From contig CAVQMO010000001.1 in assembly GCA_963713605.1 (NCBI GenBank), positions 96,001-160,000 of the forward strand: a DNA stretch of 64,000 nt, written 5' to 3'. The stretch is from an uncultured Nitrososphaerales archaeon. Lineage in GTDB: Archaea > Thermoproteota > Nitrososphaeria > Nitrososphaerales > Nitrososphaeraceae. The notes below the pieces were generated by a model. It saw nothing but the letters and a program-made list of their open reading frames with translations, had not been told where the DNA came from and made no database searches. This document shows, piece by piece, positions 11,173 to 23,580 of this stretch. Numbering within the stretch: position 1 is the first letter of the stretch; each line of letters opens with the position of its first letter. Position numbers and translations under genes: made by a program.

Positions 11173-11710
11173 CCTCTGTCTTACTTAGGTAGGAAGTGTA
11201 TTTAACATTTATCAGAAAGAATGAGCCACCTTACATGTTTGGCAAAACCGAGCCAACAATACTAAAAAAACGGTCGAGTAACTAAATCAATCTATCAAGA
11301 ACAAATTTACGCATTATTTACATTAAGGTCAATTTTAGACTGACAAAGGTTCGGTAGATAAAGGATATTCTGTTGCCATTGCTCACCAAAGTTGATTATT
11401 TTGCACAATGCTAAGGTCATAATACGCATCAAAAACACATAGGCTCCAGAAATTAATCTTCATTTTATTTTGAGTGCCTGAATTGAGTACATACATAGTA
11501 GTACTTAACACATGTAGCCTTGAGAAATTTCTATCTCAAAACATCTGTCATAAACAAAATATAGTCTAGATCGATGTATATTGCTTTTAAAGATAGGAGC
11601 TCTTGTTACAAGTCAGTTATTTTCATTCTTCCTGAACTCGCTTTACAAGCCTCTCAAGTAACATTAGGACGAATCTCACGTTTTGGTACAGGCTATTGTA
11701 GCAGGCGAGC

Positions 11711-13782
11711 TCAAGCCTTTGCATAAAATCCTGCTTTCCGTTCGAAGATTTGGCCATTTTGCATGGCTTTTCTTAGATAATTTTTTGCCTCATCTTCCGT
11801 AAATTTTCCAGTATTTATGAGTTCGTCAATGAAGTTTCTTTCACTTACGTCATTCTTATCTTCGCCTGCAAGGGCATTAAATATCTCTATAAATAGCTTC
11901 AGTTTAGAGACTTCGCTGTGTGGTTTACCGTGAAGTACCCCTAGATCTACCTTCCCAGTATTCACATCCATACCAGCCGTCTCTAGCATTCTTTGCACCA
12001 AATATATTGCACGTTCAGCATCATCAATTTCTACCATGTCCTTTAACAACAATCGGGCTCGAGCAGTCGCTAACCTCACGAGTCCTTCAAGTTGTCTGGG
12101 AGTAACAGTAATCATTCCCTCGGCTTCTACATTTCGCATTTTCATGTAATAGTCTTTAATTATATCCATTGCTTCATTCGATAGAGAAGGCTCGACTTGC
12201 TTTGCATATGCGAGATACTTACTAAGTAATTCTGTATCAATCGCGGGTTGAGCGAGCTCGATTAGCATCCCTATGAATTTCCAGAATATGGCTTGCGACC
12301 CGACTATCTTTTTCTCTTTCAGGAGTGTCCCGAACCACAAAAATAAGATCAAACCTCGTAAGGAGGGGGATAGGTAGATTAACGTTTTCTGTAATATTCT
12401 TGAAAGGATCGTATTTTCCATACATTGGGTTGGCAGCAGAAAGAATAGATGTTCTTGCATTCAACGTAGCTACGATTCCTCCTTTCGCAACAGAACAAGT
12501 TTGTTGTTCCATTACCTCATGTAACGCAGATCGATCTTCCGGTCTCATCTTATCAAATTCATCTATGCAAACCAATCCTTGATCGCCCAATACGACTGCT
12601 CCTGCCTCCAGCATCATTATACCGGATTTGTCCCTAATTACGGCTGCAGTTAGTCCGGCCGACAGTAGAGCCTCTCCCTGAAGTATAAAGCCCCCTAGGA
12701 GCTATCTTTGCCGCAAACTTTAGCATCTCTGATTTTGCTGTACCCGGGTCACCTACTAGGAAGACATTCATATCTCCTCTTCTGGTTGATCCGTCACTAA
12801 GTTTCTTTGTTAAACTACCAACGATCAAAAGTAATATGGACTCCTTTATCACTTCATGTCCGTATACATGTGGGGCGAATGATGCAATCAATTTATCATA
12901 TGCATCGGCTTTACTTGATACAGTTATGATTTGTCTTTCATCTTCGCTCCTTATGGTTAGACGCTCTATTGTGCGCGAGTCCTTATTGCCAGTTCCTCCA
13001 CCAAGATATTCTATATTATTGCCTTCCATTCTTAGTCTGAATAGACTGGTTCTGATCTGGGGAGAGACTTGTTCTTGTTCTATTCTTACGATTCCAGTTA
13101 GCATAATTCTGTCACCGGGACGACACTGATCGACAAGGTCTCCCATGACAGTCACTTCCACATAATGTGGCAATTGACCGGCAGGTAAATCCTCCGGAAG
13201 CTCTTGAAGTCGTACCAATTGGAAGTCGGTAAAGATACTATTCTCTGGATCCATCTCAAGCTCCTTTTCTGCACAATTCACGCATTTTGCCGGTTTCTTT
13301 AACAACAGACCTTTGAGCTGCGCTTCATTAATCGTTTGACAATTCGTACATCTATACCCGATCCTCTTGGCTAAGGGCTTAACTTCTGAAGATCTTACAA
13401 CCATACCCCAGACCCCTATTAGCTTATCGATCACCTCTGCGTTAATATCACGTAATGTTCTCTGAACAGAATAATTGCCAATCCTAACCTTTATTCTGTC
13501 GATTATTTCTTCAGCATAATCCGGATGAATCTCGTTCAATACTGTCAAGACTGCAGAGTTAAATGCTTCGAGCATGTCATCAGGATGATGGGTCATTTCC
13601 TTTGCAAGGTCAGGAGTAAAAGTATCAAAATCAATATAGTCAATTACAACAGATGTAGAGCCGAGAGCCATCATGTGATTTATTCTTTCAAAGTACTTGT
13701 AATTGCCTAGGTTATCCTTAAAACCTCTCAGAAATCTTTCAAGTTCATTAGATAACGATGCAGAGGTCTGCTGTTCAGTCAA
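11711..13782 (-). CDS. mcm: Replicative helicase MCM (two frameshifts, near 12650 and 12250)
   Basis: Zn finger [58 protein letters not shown] across three ORFs. Confidence 0.96.
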
Positions 13783-14321
13783 ATTTCCTTAAAACCTTCT
13801 TTTTGAACGCAATAGTCGACTCATGAATTAAATCATACAGTTCGCGCTCCTCCACTGATAATTTTTCTCTTATTGCCGGTGTTAATGTGGAGGTTGCAGA
13901 CCAACTTGACAATTTTTTCGATTCTCGATACTACGAATGAATTAAGTGATACAATTATTCTTTCCCGATCCTTTTCGTCTAATGAGGAGAGATAGTCGTT
14001 AACTCGGATGTAGAAGTCGGCGTTTATGCCAGAAAGATCGTGAGCCCTTGCAATTCTCTCCAAGTTGAGTGTTCTTGAAACGTAAGCGGCATCGTCCTTG
14101 TCGTTGATTGTGACTATTCCTGACTCCGAGAGGTTCTGCGCCAGCCACCGAGGAATCGAGCTAATGTCGCCTTCCTTCGAATCGATAACAATTTCATCCA
14201 GTGACACATTTAAAGCCTCCTTGTACTGCACTTTAACATCTTCTACTAGGTATCCCAACTTGTACGAATCTTGGATACTAGTCAGTCGCTTCTCATTCGA
14301 GAAACATTGGTAGTTTGCCAT
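13775..14321 (-). CDS. GINS subunit (Gins23/Psf2-like), frameshift near 3' end
   Basis: EGDISSIPRWLAQNL, DFYIRV; directly upstream of mcm; alternative frame stops at 13775-13777 overlapping the mcm start. Confidence 0.8.
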
Positions 14322-14614
14322 TTTATCACGCTCCTACTTTTAACTTAATCATTCGAGTTATATTTTTTCTTATGACAGTTTTATTTAAGCGGTGGGTAAA
14401 TCAAACGTAACGTACAGTAACCAAAAAATGAACATGACTTTGGAGTTTTCAGTAAACTTGAATAGCCGTTAACTCGTTGGTGCTTTGGCACCGGTTTTTC
14501 AATCATACCATAAAATACCTAATAAGAACTCATCATTTTTTTTAGATAAGTCCAAGGTTTACAACTCGAATGATCGCTATGCATGAGGAGAGTAGGCAAC
14601 TACATATTTGTGTG

Positions 14615-16427
14615 TCACAAATCCCGTAGTTCCTGCACATTTTTTTCAACTAAATCAAATCCCTGCTGCCAAAAGTCCCTGGAAGAGATGTCGATTCCTA
14701 TATCAGACAAAATTTCCTCTGTCTTACGAGAATCCTCCGGACGAAAGCAATTTGTAGTATTTAGGAATAAATGACAACTTTCCCTCTTTTCTGAATTGAT
14801 GGTAAAGAGACAGAACTAGCAAATTTCCGAATGAATACGCGTAGCAATAGAATGGACTATGATATAAGTGTGGAATGTATAGCCATTCCCATCGAAAATC
14901 ATCTGAAACAGTTACCGAATCACCGAACTGATCTTCAAGATTTTGTAAGTACAGGTCTGATACTTCGTTTATATTTGCATTCTTTTCAGTTATGGCCTTA
15001 TGAGCTTCAATCTCAAATAGGGTAAAGTAAGCTTGTCTCATAATAGTAGCGTACATATCATCGATCTGAGAAGCTAGCAGGACAGCTTTCTGCTCGCGTG
15101 TTAATTTGCTGATGAGTTTATCATTAAGGAGAATTTCAGCAAAGACTGACGCTGTTTCGGCCAAGGGTAATGGAGCGTGGGCAACAGATATTGGTTTATC
15201 TGAGGCTGCCATACTGTGTATAGCATGACCTAGTTCATGAGCCATAGTGCTAACATCTCTAATTCTACCATCAAAATTAAGAAGTATATATGGCGTAAGT
15301 TTTGGCGTAACCGTGTAACAGAAGGCGCCACCTTGTTTTGCTTTTCTTATTTCGGAATCCACATGTTTTTCATTGAATACTTTTGTTGCAAATTTACCAA
15401 ATCTAGGATCAAAATCAGAAAATGTGTCGATGACCGTGCTAACCGCGTTCTGGTAGCTAAATCTTTCCCGATACCTCCCACTGAGGGTTAGGGGCGCGTA
15501 CAAATGGTACCTGTGAAGCTTTTTGAGGCCTATCATCGCAGCTTTTTCTTTGAAGTACCTCTGGAATACCTTTGCATTAGAACGACAAGCTTGGAGAAGA
15601 GATTCTACGGTTGAATCATCTAGATTGTTGTATGTATTCCGTACCGAGATTGGTCTCTTAAATCCACGTAATTTTATGAATTCATCATGCCACTGTATCA
15701 CCTTATTGAAATAAATTTCGCCTAGGACACCACTATTCTTTTTGTATTCCTTTAGTAGCGACTTGTATGCTGACACCCTCTCTTCCTTCTTTGTGCTCCT
15801 AATCATCGAGAGCATCTTTTCCTTATTGTTGAATTTTTTTTCTATGACCAGTTTACCTTTTTTTAGCTGTACAACGAATTCTAGAGAGCTTGTCATTCTG
15901 TCGTATATCTTTGTGAGGGCTCCTGACCCGCTCACCTCCAGTGTACTAATAATCTTCTCTTCAGGTTCAGATAATGTGAATTTGGCCAGAAGCCGACTAT
16001 GTTTCAGATGCTCTCTATAAACAATCGGAGCAGAATTTATCAGACGTTCGGCGTTCAAATCATCAAGTTGTTTTTTAAACCAGATGTCAAAAAATAATAA
16101 GCGGTTTGATACGTCTGCTGACAGCATTTCCATCTTAGTTAGTAGGGCAGCGGCTTCGTTTGACGAGGTATCAGAGGCATATTTCAGATGGGCGTACCCA
16201 ACTGCAATACTGATCTGCTCATTTATTCCTTCAACAAGATTCATGAGTTTTTGAAATTGACTTGCAGAAATGCTCTCTTTAAGCATCCCACGTTCGCCTT
16301 CGATCCGCTTTGCAGCCTGCTCAATCGATTTTATCAGATTCTGTAATTCTTCTCCTTTATGGTTCTCTATCAACTGTGATAGATTCCATATTGTCGGTTT
16401 AGGTCGCATTAAAAGCGTCATACCCAT
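14615..16427 (-). CDS. pepF: Oligoendopeptidase F (M3B), frameshift near 14735
   Basis: HELGHAIH zinc motif, LAETASVFAE, HLYHSPFYCYAYSFG; C-terminus ..DFWQQGFDLVEKNVQELRDL* in another frame. Confidence 0.92.
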
Positions 16428-16598
16428 CAGCAGAATCCTATGAAGTGGTCACATATGTTTCTTGCATGTTCTGGTTTTAGCCTGATCCAATTGCATTGAT
16501 GTTTTCAGTTTTTGAAGAGAACAAACAGAAAGGTATCATTACAGATCTGCAATCTAATGTATGGCGATTCTTGCATTGTACTTTAGAAAACCAGTATT

Positions 16599-19002
16599 AT
16601 GTTTAATAATCGAATATTTGGAAATACTTTAGGATTGAGTCGAACTCATAGAATTGAAGAGAAGAAATGGAATTCCGATAATGAAGCGAAAATTCGTCAA
16701 AAATGGGAGAATGCTAGGACTGATAATACCCCAATCAATAGAGGACAGGCCCCTTTTGTAATCGATACTCCCCCTCCATACCCTTCAGGTCGGCCATGGC
16801 ATATCGGAGCAGCGGCTCATTATGCGCAGATCGATATGATAGCTAGGAGCGCTCGAATGAGGGGCTTCAACGTCCTGTTTCCAATAGGTATCGATCGAAA
16901 TGGTCTTCCAATTGAAATCTATACGGAAAAGAAATACAAAATTAGGATGAGGAAAACAGATAGGAGGAAATTCTTAGAATTGTGCAAGAGTGCTTTGGAC
17001 GAACTTGAACAAGAGATGATTGAGATTATGAAGTCGATTGGATTGAGTGCAGACTTCAAGAATTACTATAAGACCGATTCAAGTAAATTTAGAGCGCTAA
17101 CTCAAAGTACTTTCATAGAGCTGTGGAACAGGAAGTTGATCTACATTGCTAATAGGCCTAATAACCTATGTCCAGACTGCGGAACCACTATAGCAGATGC
17201 GGAAATTGTATACGAGGAAGTTCCCACCAAGCTCGTATACATGAATTTTAGTATAAAGGACGAAACAAAGGGAATAATAGTGGCATCAACTAGACCAGAA
17301 TTGCTTTTTGCTTGTCAAGCAGTTATAGTAAATCCTAATGACGAGCGCTATGCGGATATTGTAGGGAAGAAGGTATCTGTTCCTCTCTTCGACAAGCAAG
17401 TCCCAGTTTATGCACACCACTCAGCTAGACCAGAATTTGGAACTGGTGTAGTTATGGTCTGTAGTTATGGCGATCAGAATGACGTTTCATTATTTAGAGA
17501 GCTCGGATTGAAGGAAGTTATCGCTATAGATATCTATGGGCGCACTACAGTCGAAGCTGGCTCATATGCTAATCTTCCAATACAAGAAGCTAGAGTTAAG
17601 ATAATTTCTGACTTGAAGACAAACGGCTTTCTACAAAAAACCGAGGATATTATGCATAGAACTCCTTTATGCGAGAGAAGCAAAACTCCTGTGGAGATTG
17701 TTCCATTGCAAGATTATTACCTTAAACAAATTGAGTATATTCCCCAACTAAGGCAGCTGACAACCCATCTCAAGTTTTATCCTGAAATTCACAGACAAAT
17801 TCTAATGAACTGGCTTGATTCGGTTGCAACTGATTGGCCCATTTCAAGGAGACGATATTATGGAACAGAGATTCCTATCTGGTATTGTGTGAATTGCAAT
17901 TATCCCAACCTACCGCCCCCTGGCAAATATTACAGACCTTGGGAAGAGGATCCTCCATTTGATAAATGCACCAGTTGCGGAGCAGGAAAATTTGTTGGAG
18001 AAGAACGAACATTCGATACTTGGATGGACTCCAGCTTGACTGCTATATACATAGGTAAATATGGGGAATCAGATAGAATCCAACATCCTTACCCCGGTAC
18101 GATTAGACCCCAAGCAAAGGACATTGTTAGAACTTGGCTATACTATTCAATGCTACGTTGTGTTCAATTGACCGATAAGCTGCCTTGGTCAAAGGCCTGG
18201 ATAATGGGTTTTGGAGTTGACGAAAGGGGCGAGAAAATGAGTAAGAGCAGAGGTAATGCAATGGATCCTATACCTATAATCAATACATATGGGGCGGATG
18301 CGTTCAGATTCTGGTCAGCATCGGAATGTAATTTAGGCTATGATTTTCGGTGCTCTGAACAAAAGATATCAGTTGCAAAGAACTTCTTGTCTAAATTATG
18401 GAATGTTGCAAGGTTCATATCCTCGTTTGATAATGTCTCTGAAAAGCCAACAACTTTAGCTCCAAGTGACATGTGGTTGCTGGGAGAATTGCAGAAACTA
18501 GTTGAGGAATGTAGGATAGGATTTTCCGAATTCAATTTCTTTATTCCCTCGAACGCCATACGAGAATTCACCTGGAACGTTTTTGCAGACTCACTACATT
18601 GAGATGGTCAAGTGGAGGGCATACCTTGATGGGTCTAGTCAATCTCGGCAGTCATCGATCTATACCCTTCATAAAAGTATGACGACAATCCTTACATTGT
18701 TGGCCCCGATATGTCCGTATATAACCGAGGAGATCTGGACGAGCATGTATAGCAATGAAAATGAAAGCATCCATCTGCGTAAGCTACCAGAAGTAGAGGG
18801 AGATTACAGTGAGTATTCTAAGTATACGCAGCTAATTATCATTTTTAACTCCATGGTCTGGAACAAGAAAAAGTCTTTTATTTCTCCAGAAACCGGAAAG
18901 CCGCTATCACTAAAGGATCCTATAGAATTAGCGATTCCCGAGAACCTATTGCCTTTCGAAGAAGATCTAATTAAAATGCATAACATTAGCAGAGCAGTGT
19001 AA
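16599..19002 (+). CDS. valS: Valine--tRNA ligase (frameshift near 18590)
   Basis: IDTPPPYPSG, HIGA, DWPISRRRYYG, KMSKS; anticodon-binding domain in ORF 18583..19002. Confidence 0.95.
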
Positions 19003-19015
19003 CAAGGAATACGGA

Positions 19016-19927
19016 ATGTCCCTCTTGAACCTAAACATTGCAGTTACAGCGAGTAGGAGAGCAGGTGAGCTAGCCCAGATCATAAGATCGCTCGGAGGAA
19101 GGCCGTACATCGCTCCCACAACAGGAATCAAAAGAGAGGAATGTACCATTTTTGATGTATCAAAATTTATAGAACTCGCCAAGGAAAGCAGGCCAGATTT
19201 TGTCGTGTTTATGACAGGTCCAAGTGTATACTCACTAATCGATTTGTCCTCAGAACTTGGAAAGAAGGAACCATTAATCAATATACTTAGAAATACGATA
19301 TTGGTTGCACGAAGTCCAAAAACCCAGATGTCGCTATTTAATTTTGGCCTGAGGCCAATTCTAATCCCTAATCTAGATTATACATCTACTGGAGTGCTGA
19401 AGCTCTTCGAAAGTATGGGAGTGACGGAGAAGAAAATCGCAATCATCTGGCATGGTACCTCTTCCCGACATTTAGTTGATGGACTTGAGCGATTGAGAAA
19501 TAAGATTATTGAAGTACATGTGTACAGATATTCAGAAACCAATGATCTCAATGAAACCAGAATTCTCGAGTACATGGGTTTTAAATCCGTTCTAAGTGAT
19601 GAAACCGTGGTTACAAATCTGGTAAGGGATATAAATCTACGGAATATCGATGCTATAACCTTTACAAGTCCACCATCAGTTAGAGGACTGCTAAATTTTG
19701 CAAAGAGACACAAATTATGGGAAACTTTACAAAATTCACTTAATTCAATAACGATAGTCGTGGCGATTGGACCCTCCACGGCCAGTGAGCTAGACAAGAA
19801 CGGGGTAGTGGTGGATGTCGTTCCTCAAGTCTTTAAAATGAAACCAATGATCGATGCATTGACATTGTACATCCAAAGCGATACTGTCAATGAGAAAGTT
19901 AAAAGACTATCTCACTGCAGCAAATAA
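19016..19927 (+). CDS. hemD: Uroporphyrinogen-III synthase
   Basis: IAVTASRRA, DAITFTSPPSV, VAIGPSTA. Confidence 0.88.
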   Translation: MSLLNLNIAVTASRRAGELAQIIRSLGGRPYIAPTTGIKREECTIFDVSKFIELAKESRPDFVVFMTGPSVYSLIDLSSELGKKEPLINILRNTILVARSPKTQMSLFNFGLRPILIPNLDYTSTGVLKLFESMGVTEKKIAIIWHGTSSRHLVDGLERLRNKIIEVHVYRYSETNDLNETRILEYMGFKSVLSDETVVTNLVRDINLRNIDAITFTSPPSVRGLLNFAKRHKLWETLQNSLNSITIVVAIGPSTASELDKNGVVVDVVPQVFKMKPMIDALTLYIQSDTVNEKVKRLSHCSK

Positions 19928-20050
19928 AACATTTAGTATGATATGGCCCATTTCTGTGATAATTTCACGTTTTATCGATTTTTACTTTTATTTATTATAT
20001 CGCAAATATAGTTTGAAAACCTTATATCGTGAACTAATTTATACGAGCCT

Positions 20051-20398
20051 ATGAAGCGGATTGAGGCAATTATACCTAATGAAAAGATTAGCGCAGTAAA
20101 TGAAGCCTTCAAGAAGGCTGGTATAGGCGGATGTACCATCATGGAAGCAAAAGGCAGAGGTAAGGGTGAGAAGCCCATGGTTCAAAGTGGGAGAGGGACA
20201 AGTAGGTTTGTATCTGAATTTTCAGTCCGTGCCAATATCATTACAGTAGTTCCTGATTCCCAAGTAGAAAATGTGGTTAATGCAATACTGGACTCGGTAA
20301 GTACGGGCTCAGCAGGAGATGGAAAAATATTCATCTCTCCTGTTCTTGAGACGATAGATATAGGAACAAGACAACGTGGTGAAGAGGCGATTATTTAG
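20051..20398 (+). CDS. Nitrogen regulatory protein P-II (GlnB/GlnK family)
   Basis: MKRIEAII, KGRG T-loop, TGSAGDGKIFISPV, IGTRQRGEEAI. Confidence 0.95.
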   Translation: MKRIEAIIPNEKISAVNEAFKKAGIGGCTIMEAKGRGKGEKPMVQSGRGTSRFVSEFSVRANIITVVPDSQVENVVNAILDSVSTGSAGDGKIFISPVLETIDIGTRQRGEEAII

Positions 20399-21887
20399 AA
20401 GATAAAAGGGTGGGGCTTTTCTTTCTAAAGAATTTTTTAGTTTCACCGTACGTTTTGATATCCAATTGAGGAACCTTAACTATTATTGGAAGTTCCTGAA
20501 CCATTTTTCCGATTAAGAGTGAATGCCTCTGAGGAAGAGTCCTAACTATCGACCTGATCGTATCCTTGTCAACTAGTGAAATTTTAGAAATTCTTTCTAA
20601 GTCAGATTCATTCACGAAATTGAACAAGAAAATGTTGTCAACTTGCCTCAAGATCCCTTCTCCTAATGCCTCTGGGTGATTAGTAATAAACGTAGAATAA
20701 ATTCCAAAGTGACGCATTCTCGTGATAATGTCGTCCCAGTAGGTCTCTTTGATATACAGATGGGCTTCCTCCGCAAAGAGAAATATGGGGGGGATGACAT
20801 CGTTTCCCAGCAACTCAACCAATTTATTTAGTATCAACTCTACGACCATATGTCTTATGGTCGGTGCAAAAGTTCCCATTTTCACGATCATTGCCAGTCC
20901 ATGAACATTATTGGAAATCAAATTTTCGAATCTTAATCCATCATATTCATCATTTTTCTCGTCATTGAGAAATAGCCTCGAATTATATATCGTATGAAAC
21001 CTTGAGATTAATGCGTCACGAACAAGATCATTGAAATTCCAATTATTAATTGCATTTGAAAATGCTTCTAATGTTAGGACGTCTCTTTTGAAAAGATTAT
21101 CCCAAATTCTAAAGAACTCTCGCAATGATGTGGAAGGCATATCTAAAGCGTTCTTTAGCATGGAAGACACAGATGGTTTGCCACAATACTCTAATGAAAA
21201 GCGCAAATTCTTTCCTGGTTCAAGAAGAACGATCTTTGATTCAATATTTGAGCCCAAGCCATTGGTCTTAACTCCTAATCCCGTATATTCATTATTTAGA
21301 TCAAATACAAGAATAAATGCTCCATGTTCTAGGAGGGACTTAACAAGTAATTTTGACAAATGTGATTTACCCGATTCTTTCTTACCTGCAATGATGTTTA
21401 GCCTGCCATCAAGGTCTTCAGCGTATATCATAAACGGATCTTGACTATTACCAACGAAGCCGATCGAAATGGGAGACTCACCACCTCTGTTAAGTATATG
21501 ATTCAGTTCAGAAATTGAAAGACGTCTAATCCTCGAATTTACTCTCGAAGGTAACCAATTGATATCACTTGACATATTGGTACTTGCACCAACGGAAGAA
21601 CCTCTTATCTTGGCCTTGAAAAGTCTCGAATCGCGCACTACGCCTGATATTAATCCTATTTCTAACGGATCATATGATACTCCAGGACTGGTTGCGCGAA
21701 TTATTTCGTCTTTGACGATATCCTCAACAATAGATTGGTTCGAGAGATATTCTTCATTATATACTTGAACTATCAGTTCCCTTTTCATTTCAGTATCCTC
21801 AATCAGAAAGTAGTCGCCCTTGGAGACCATTTCTGATTTTACTGCCAACAGTATCAATTCATCATTCGTTTTTTGAAGGATTTTCAA
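20391..21887 (-). CDS. HerA-like (FtsK/HerA family) ATPase
   Basis: Walker A AGKKESGKS, VFDLNNEY, Walker B LFAEEAH, RMRHFG. Confidence 0.85.
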   Translation of the reverse strand: MKILQKTNDELILLAVKSEMVSKGDYFLIEDTEMKRELIVQVYNEEYLSNQSIVEDIVKDEIIRATSPGVSYDPLEIGLISGVVRDSRLFKAKIRGSSVGASTNMSSDINWLPSRVNSRIRRLSISELNHILNRGGESPISIGFVGNSQDPFMIYAEDLDGRLNIIAGKKESGKSHLSKLLVKSLLEHGAFILVFDLNNEYTGLGVKTNGLGSNIESKIVLLEPGKNLRFSLEYCGKPSVSSMLKNALDMPSTSLREFFRIWDNLFKRDVLTLEAFSNAINNWNFNDLVRDALISRFHTIYNSRLFLNDEKNDEYDGLRFENLISNNVHGLAMIVKMGTFAPTIRHMVVELILNKLVELLGNDVIPPIFLFAEEAHLYIKETYWDDIITRMRHFGIYSTFITNHPEALGEGILRQVDNIFLFNFVNESDLERISKISLVDKDTIRSIVRTLPQRHSLLIGKMVQELPIIVKVPQLDIKTYGETKKFFRKKSPTLLSSK

Positions 21888-22936
21888 ACAAACGAGACCC
21901 CCAAAATGTTCTTTCTAGTAGCAGTTTGGTCAACCTCTTCAGCGCCATAACTCCTTGATATGAATCCCTTTAATGATGAGACCTCTGTGGTAGTGAAAGT
22001 TGAAATGTGATGTGCAATCCTAAGTGATTCGGGATAGCTACGAAAGAGTATGTCATTTCCGATTAGTCTCTCTAAACATTCCAAATCATTACCATTCGCA
22101 GAGCATATGTCAGCTCGGAGGACATACTCATTTTCATTTTTTCCAAGTTTCACTAGCATATTATTACCCAATGTATTTCTTGCCAGACTCTTAATCACAC
22201 AATCCGTATCGATGCAAGCCGAGTAAGGCATTGTTTTAAGTAAACTTTCAAATTGATTAAGAATCGTCATGCTCGTGTTTTTAGACAACCCTATGACATC
22301 ATTATTACTTAAAGTGGACATTTCAATTACTTTGTTGATGGTACAGCTGTAATCCTCAAATACAGAGGGCCTCAGAGCTCCATCAATTAGTATTATCGAA
22401 TTATTCAAGCGGTTGGAGAGCACTAGTTGAATTGCTCTCTCTAATCTAATTCTGATAAGACGTTTGGCGATGCTGCTGTCAACGAGCAATAGATTTCCTA
22501 AATTATGATCTATTTTGGAGTTATCCAGGAATTCCTCGGTTAGATAGATGAGCATGGGGCCTAGCCTGATATGGCGTCGGATTCTTCTGCCGGATGATAT
22601 GACGACTCCAGATTTTGCAGCATACAACCTTCCTTCTTCCGTCCTCGCTAAATGAATAACACTTGAATCTATAGCGCTGATGTAGGTTATCTCCTCACTT
22701 GGTTGAAGGACCATAGGAGTCACTGCGCAAGCCTGTTCAAAGCTACCCTGCCTTCTAACTGGAACAGTCGTTTGTTCAATTGAATCAAAAATAATTCTTC
22801 TCCCCTTGAGGATTTCCTCTAATTGATTTGCCAAACACATTTTCATCGATTTTCTGAAAGTGTTTTCAAATTCTGTTATACAATCTTCCTCAAGATAGAA
22901 GTTTAAATGCGCATTTGCATTCATTTTGATCAACAA
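21884..22936 (-). CDS. NurA-like nuclease
   Basis: ISAIDSS, ILIDGAL, IGLSKNT, SYPESLRIAH motifs; 4 nt overlap with HerA-like gene. Confidence 0.8.
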   Translation of the reverse strand: MLIKMNANAHLNFYLEEDCITEFENTFRKSMKMCLANQLEEILKGRRIIFDSIEQTTVPVRRQGSFEQACAVTPMVLQPSEEITYISAIDSSVIHLARTEEGRLYAAKSGVVISSGRRIRRHIRLGPMLIYLTEEFLDNSKIDHNLGNLLLVDSSIAKRLIRIRLERAIQLVLSNRLNNSIILIDGALRPSVFEDYSCTINKVIEMSTLSNNDVIGLSKNTSMTILNQFESLLKTMPYSACIDTDCVIKSLARNTLGNNMLVKLGKNENEYVLRADICSANGNDLECLERLIGNDILFRSYPESLRIAHHISTFTTTEVSSLKGFISRSYGAEEVDQTATRKNILGVSFV

Positions 22937-23037
22937 TATCTGCGAACCGAACCTAATTAATGTTGCGCAAGATGCGCAAGATGCAAAGGAACAAGTTTAT
23001 CAAGGTGAACTTTTCCAACGTTGCTTGTTCAACATGA

Positions 23038-23538
23038 ATGATAGCCCCCCACCACTCAGCTGCGCAGTCGGATGAAGTGAAGATCAGGCTGAAGCACAAT
23101 GGATGGGAAGTCGAAATAACATGCGCAGAAAACAAAGTCAAGGAGGTGGTTCAAAACGTCCTTGATAGTATCGATCATCCAAGTCCATTGGATGAAAAGA
23201 ATGCGGTAGCTATTGGCGAACTTCAACATCAGGTTGAAAATATAAAAATGCTTATAGATTCTAACCCTATACCTCCTAGTAAAGAGGTAATTAGGAGAGA
23301 AAGAAAATCATCGCATAAAACAGGTATGACATGCAGAATACTTCTGGAAACACTATGGGGAGAAGGGTACTTCATTACCCAGCGACTCCTAGCAGAAATT
23401 CATGAAGAGTGACTGCGAAGGGGGTACAGCTACGACAGAACGGCTGTTTCACATTCACTAACCGATATGGTTAGAGAAGGCATTATAGTCCGAAATGGAA
23501 CCGCCCGTAATTATGTCTATTTACAGAAGACGACTTGA
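23038..23538 (+). CDS. Hypothetical protein with C-terminal winged-helix-like domain (frameshift near 23410)
   Basis: ORF 23038..23412 continues as ..GYSYDRTAVSHSLTDMVREGIIVRNGTARNYVY..*; real start possibly GTG 23076. Confidence 0.65.
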
Positions 23539-23580
23539 AATGAACTCGTTCAGGTAACAAACCTCATCATATATGATCAT

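Noticed and set aside
11711..13782. Programmed frameshifting, inteins or a naturally split mcm (likewise valS, rtcB)
   Set aside because: Fragments join into normal-length proteins with no insertions; frameshifts are scattered over many unrelated genes, as expected for sequencing indels
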